Positions 61,785 to 64,000 of a stretch of DNA of 64,000 bases are shown in pieces (position 1 is the first letter of the stretch; each line of letters starts with the position of its first letter). The stretch lies in assembly GCF_056712565.1 (NCBI RefSeq), contig NZ_CM160072.1; one strand, written 5' to 3'. Made by a program: the position numbers and the translations under genes. A model generated the notes under the pieces. It searched no databases and had not been told where the DNA came from. It saw only the letters and a list, made by a program, of their open reading frames with translations.

Positions 61785-62990
61785 TTACGCCGCTGCAATC
61801 TTCAGCAGTTTGATGGCCTGCGAATCGACCAGCATCCCGCCGGTGCGCTTGGTGGTATAAAAACCGACAAACGGTTTATTGGTGTACGGGTCACGCAGAA
61901 TGCGGGTGCCGATACGGTCAACGATGGTGTAACCCCGTTTGAAGTTACCAAATGCAATGGCTTTCGCATCAGCGGCGATATCCGGCATCTGTTCGTTTTC
62001 AGCGATACCGTAACCCGCCAGAGAGGACGGCTGCCCCAGTTCCAGCCCCGGACGCCACAGATAGTTACCCTCGCTGTCTTTAAGCAGACGGATGGCAAAC
62101 AGGCTGTTGTTGTTCATCATGAACTTCGCGCCAGTGCGGTGTGCCTTACGCAGCGTGTAAATCAGTTTGATAATGGCGTCTGCGGTCACCGCCGTCGCTT
62201 CGCCGGATACAATATGCTGAAGTTTGCCGAACGCCCGGACCTTATCGGTTTCATCAGTGGATTCATACGCCAGGAACCCTTTCGGCTTCTTGGTACCATC
62301 GCCGGTGGTAAAGGCAATTTCTTCCTGTTCGGCAAATTCGGTTGCCAGCTCGCTGTTGATCCATGCTTCCACGTTGAAAAAGGCATCATCCAGCATTTTC
62401 TGGGTGGCCTGCGGGTTACCGTAGATTTCCCCCATGAAAGGTTCAATCAGGCCCAGTTTTGAGGTGGCAGTCTGGGAGCGCGCGTCAGTCTCGCCAACCC
62501 ATCCGGAAGCCGTGCCGCCCAGATTCACCAGTTTTTTGTAGTCGGAACCACCAACGGTGATCACCGTGGCTTCCTGGCGCATCACCACTTCATCTTTCAG
62601 CAGGGTGAGAATGTTGCGATCCAGTGCTTCCGGCACGGCATAGCCGCCGTCTTCATCGGTGCCCACCTGCAATGCCTTGCGCTCCAGATCGCGCAGACCA
62701 TCTTCACGGCCTTTACGCAGGAAGCCCACAAACGCTTCTTTATGCTCGGTGGCCAGTTTATTTTGCGCACCACCTGCCGGACGTTTCAGCTCAAGCAGCT
62801 CTTTTTCAAGATCGCTTTTGAGGTTTTCCAGCTCGCTGAGTTTCCCGTTCAGGGTTTCCACCTGCCCGGCAAGTTTGCCTTTTTCCTGCTCAATCGCATC
62901 CACGCGCTTGTCGTTCTTTGCTTTGAAGTCGTCAAACTTCTGCTGCAGCTCCTGCGCGACCTGTTCGACATCTTTAATATCAACCGCCAT
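61785..62990 (-). CDS. major capsid protein (HK97 fold family)
   Basis: 401 aa, N-terminal coiled-coil delta-domain-like region; follows prohead protease. Confidence 0.8.
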   Translation of the reverse strand: MAVDIKDVEQVAQELQQKFDDFKAKNDKRVDAIEQEKGKLAGQVETLNGKLSELENLKSDLEKELLELKRPAGGAQNKLATEHKEAFVGFLRKGREDGLRDLERKALQVGTDEDGGYAVPEALDRNILTLLKDEVVMRQEATVITVGGSDYKKLVNLGGTASGWVGETDARSQTATSKLGLIEPFMGEIYGNPQATQKMLDDAFFNVEAWINSELATEFAEQEEIAFTTGDGTKKPKGFLAYESTDETDKVRAFGKLQHIVSGEATAVTADAIIKLIYTLRKAHRTGAKFMMNNNSLFAIRLLKDSEGNYLWRPGLELGQPSSLAGYGIAENEQMPDIAADAKAIAFGNFKRGYTIVDRIGTRILRDPYTNKPFVGFYTTKRTGGMLVDSQAIKLLKIAAA

Positions 62991-63004
62991 CGTATTTCTC
63001 CTGA

Positions 63005-63691
63005 TTAGAAGTTCAGATTTTTCAGTGCATTCAGTGCAGAGCCCACATCCTCAGCGTCGCGCAGGGACAGTGCGCCATAGCCCCCGGCCATGAATGCTTT
63101 GGCCTGGGTACGGGAGAGTCCGACATCACGCAGGACTCTTTCGATTTTTTTCTGTTCGGGGATTTCCCCGCGGGCCAGTGCGTTCTTGACGTCGCTGATC
63201 CGCGCCTCGTCGTTAGACGGGAACGTCACCAGGCTGACTTCCCAGAGGTCGATTTCTTTCAGCAGAAAGGCTTCTTTGCTCCGGTCGTATTCCCAGTCTT
63301 TCAGGACGTACCCAATAGAAAGGCCGGTTAACGAACCGGCCTTCATGTGTGCATGTGCGCGTTTTGCGAGGGGATCATCATCAATAAGCAACCGTCCCCT
63401 GACGTAAAGCCCGACATCGTCTTCCTTCATTTCGGTGTAAACACCGATGGGTTCATCCATGCGGTGCTGCCAGAGCAGCGCAGGTAACGCTTTTCTGTCA
63501 CTCCACGCCCGCAGGGAAGCAGCAAATGCCCCGGACATCACCACATCATCGTGGCTGTCCTTTACACCAAAGACGGAGCCATACCCTTCAAACTCACCGG
63601 AGTCACTGACAGATTTCAGACTCAGCGGTACATCAAGACGTTGTTTCGTCTGCATTGGCGTTATCCTTCTGCTTACCGGCTTTACTGCCAT
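63005..63691 (-). CDS. prohead maturation protease (HK97 family)
   Basis: 228 aa with GYGSVFGVKDSHDDVVMSGAF region typical of HK97-type prohead proteases. Confidence 0.75.
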   Translation of the reverse strand: MAVKPVSRRITPMQTKQRLDVPLSLKSVSDSGEFEGYGSVFGVKDSHDDVVMSGAFAASLRAWSDRKALPALLWQHRMDEPIGVYTEMKEDDVGLYVRGRLLIDDDPLAKRAHAHMKAGSLTGLSIGYVLKDWEYDRSKEAFLLKEIDLWEVSLVTFPSNDEARISDVKNALARGEIPEQKKIERVLRDVGLSRTQAKAFMAGGYGALSLRDAEDVGSALNALKNLNF

Positions 63692-64000
63692 CGGAGGGTT
63701 TCGTGGTCATGTTCATCGGTGTGAGATAGACATCCCCACCGGGACGGGGATTCATATCTTCCAGGTCGCGGCAGTCATTGGGAGAGTAAATTCCCCAGTT
63801 AATCCCGGTGGCGTAGGCTTCAAAACGGGACTTCATATCCCCGCGCAGTAACGCCCCGGCGTTAAATTTGGCGTAATAAACGCCCTGCTTACTTTTTCGA
63901 ACCAGTCCGGTGTTGATCCGCTGCTCGATGCGGGTCAGATACGGCACCAGTGAATAGTTGATAAATCCCAGCCCCAGCTCTTCAATATTGTTGAAGGTGG
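63633..64000 (-). CDS. portal protein, C-terminal part (gene continues beyond window end)
   Basis: Reverse-strand frame open to window edge; overlaps protease start as in HK97-type head modules. Confidence 0.6.
   Translation of the reverse strand, partial: TFNNIEELGLGFINYSLVPYLTRIEQRINTGLVRKSKQGVYYAKFNAGALLRGDMKSRFEAYATGINWGIYSPNDCRDLEDMNPRPGGDVYLTPMNMTTKPSDGSKAGKQKDNANADETTS

Overview
Enterobacterial (Escherichia/Shigella-like) chromosomal window made of four blocks. (1) 1 to ~29,200: about 29 kb of a P2-family prophage of the 186 type (CI-like repressor, CII, TraR-like protein, replication gene A, LexA-box-controlled tum/dinI-like genes, 186-type cos, portal, terminase, capsid, lysis cassette, complete contractile tail, ogr/B). 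It carries cargo at two loci: two AT-rich genes flanking cos (an HExxH...E metallopeptidase-like protein and a 313-aa protein with an RNxxxH motif) and a two-gene insert between tail genes S and V (4-TM membrane protein plus HIT-family protein). (2) ~29,260 to 40,924: conserved core genes rplS-trmD-rimM-rpsP-ffh, ypjD, yfjD, grpE, nadK, recN, bamE, ratB-ratA, smpB and ssrA (tmRNA). (3) 40,925 to ~48,030: accessory island beside ssrA with an intact IS2 (5-bp target duplication), three different nuclease-fold genes (PD-(D/E)xK-like, GIY-YIG, DUF262/HNH GmrSD-like), a tRNA-Pro 3' fragment and a truncated Pin-type invertase gene. (4) ~48,030 to 64,000: tail-to-head part of a second prophage (HK97-type head, Mu-type tail) on the reverse strand, with an invertible tail-fibre segment and apparent inactivating lesions (in-frame TAG in tape measure, frameshift in baseplate J). 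The best candidates for an undescribed system are the prophage cargo genes (cos-flanking pair, S-V insert) and the ssrA-side nuclease island. All family assignments are from motifs read by eye and from memory of reference sequences; no database search was run.
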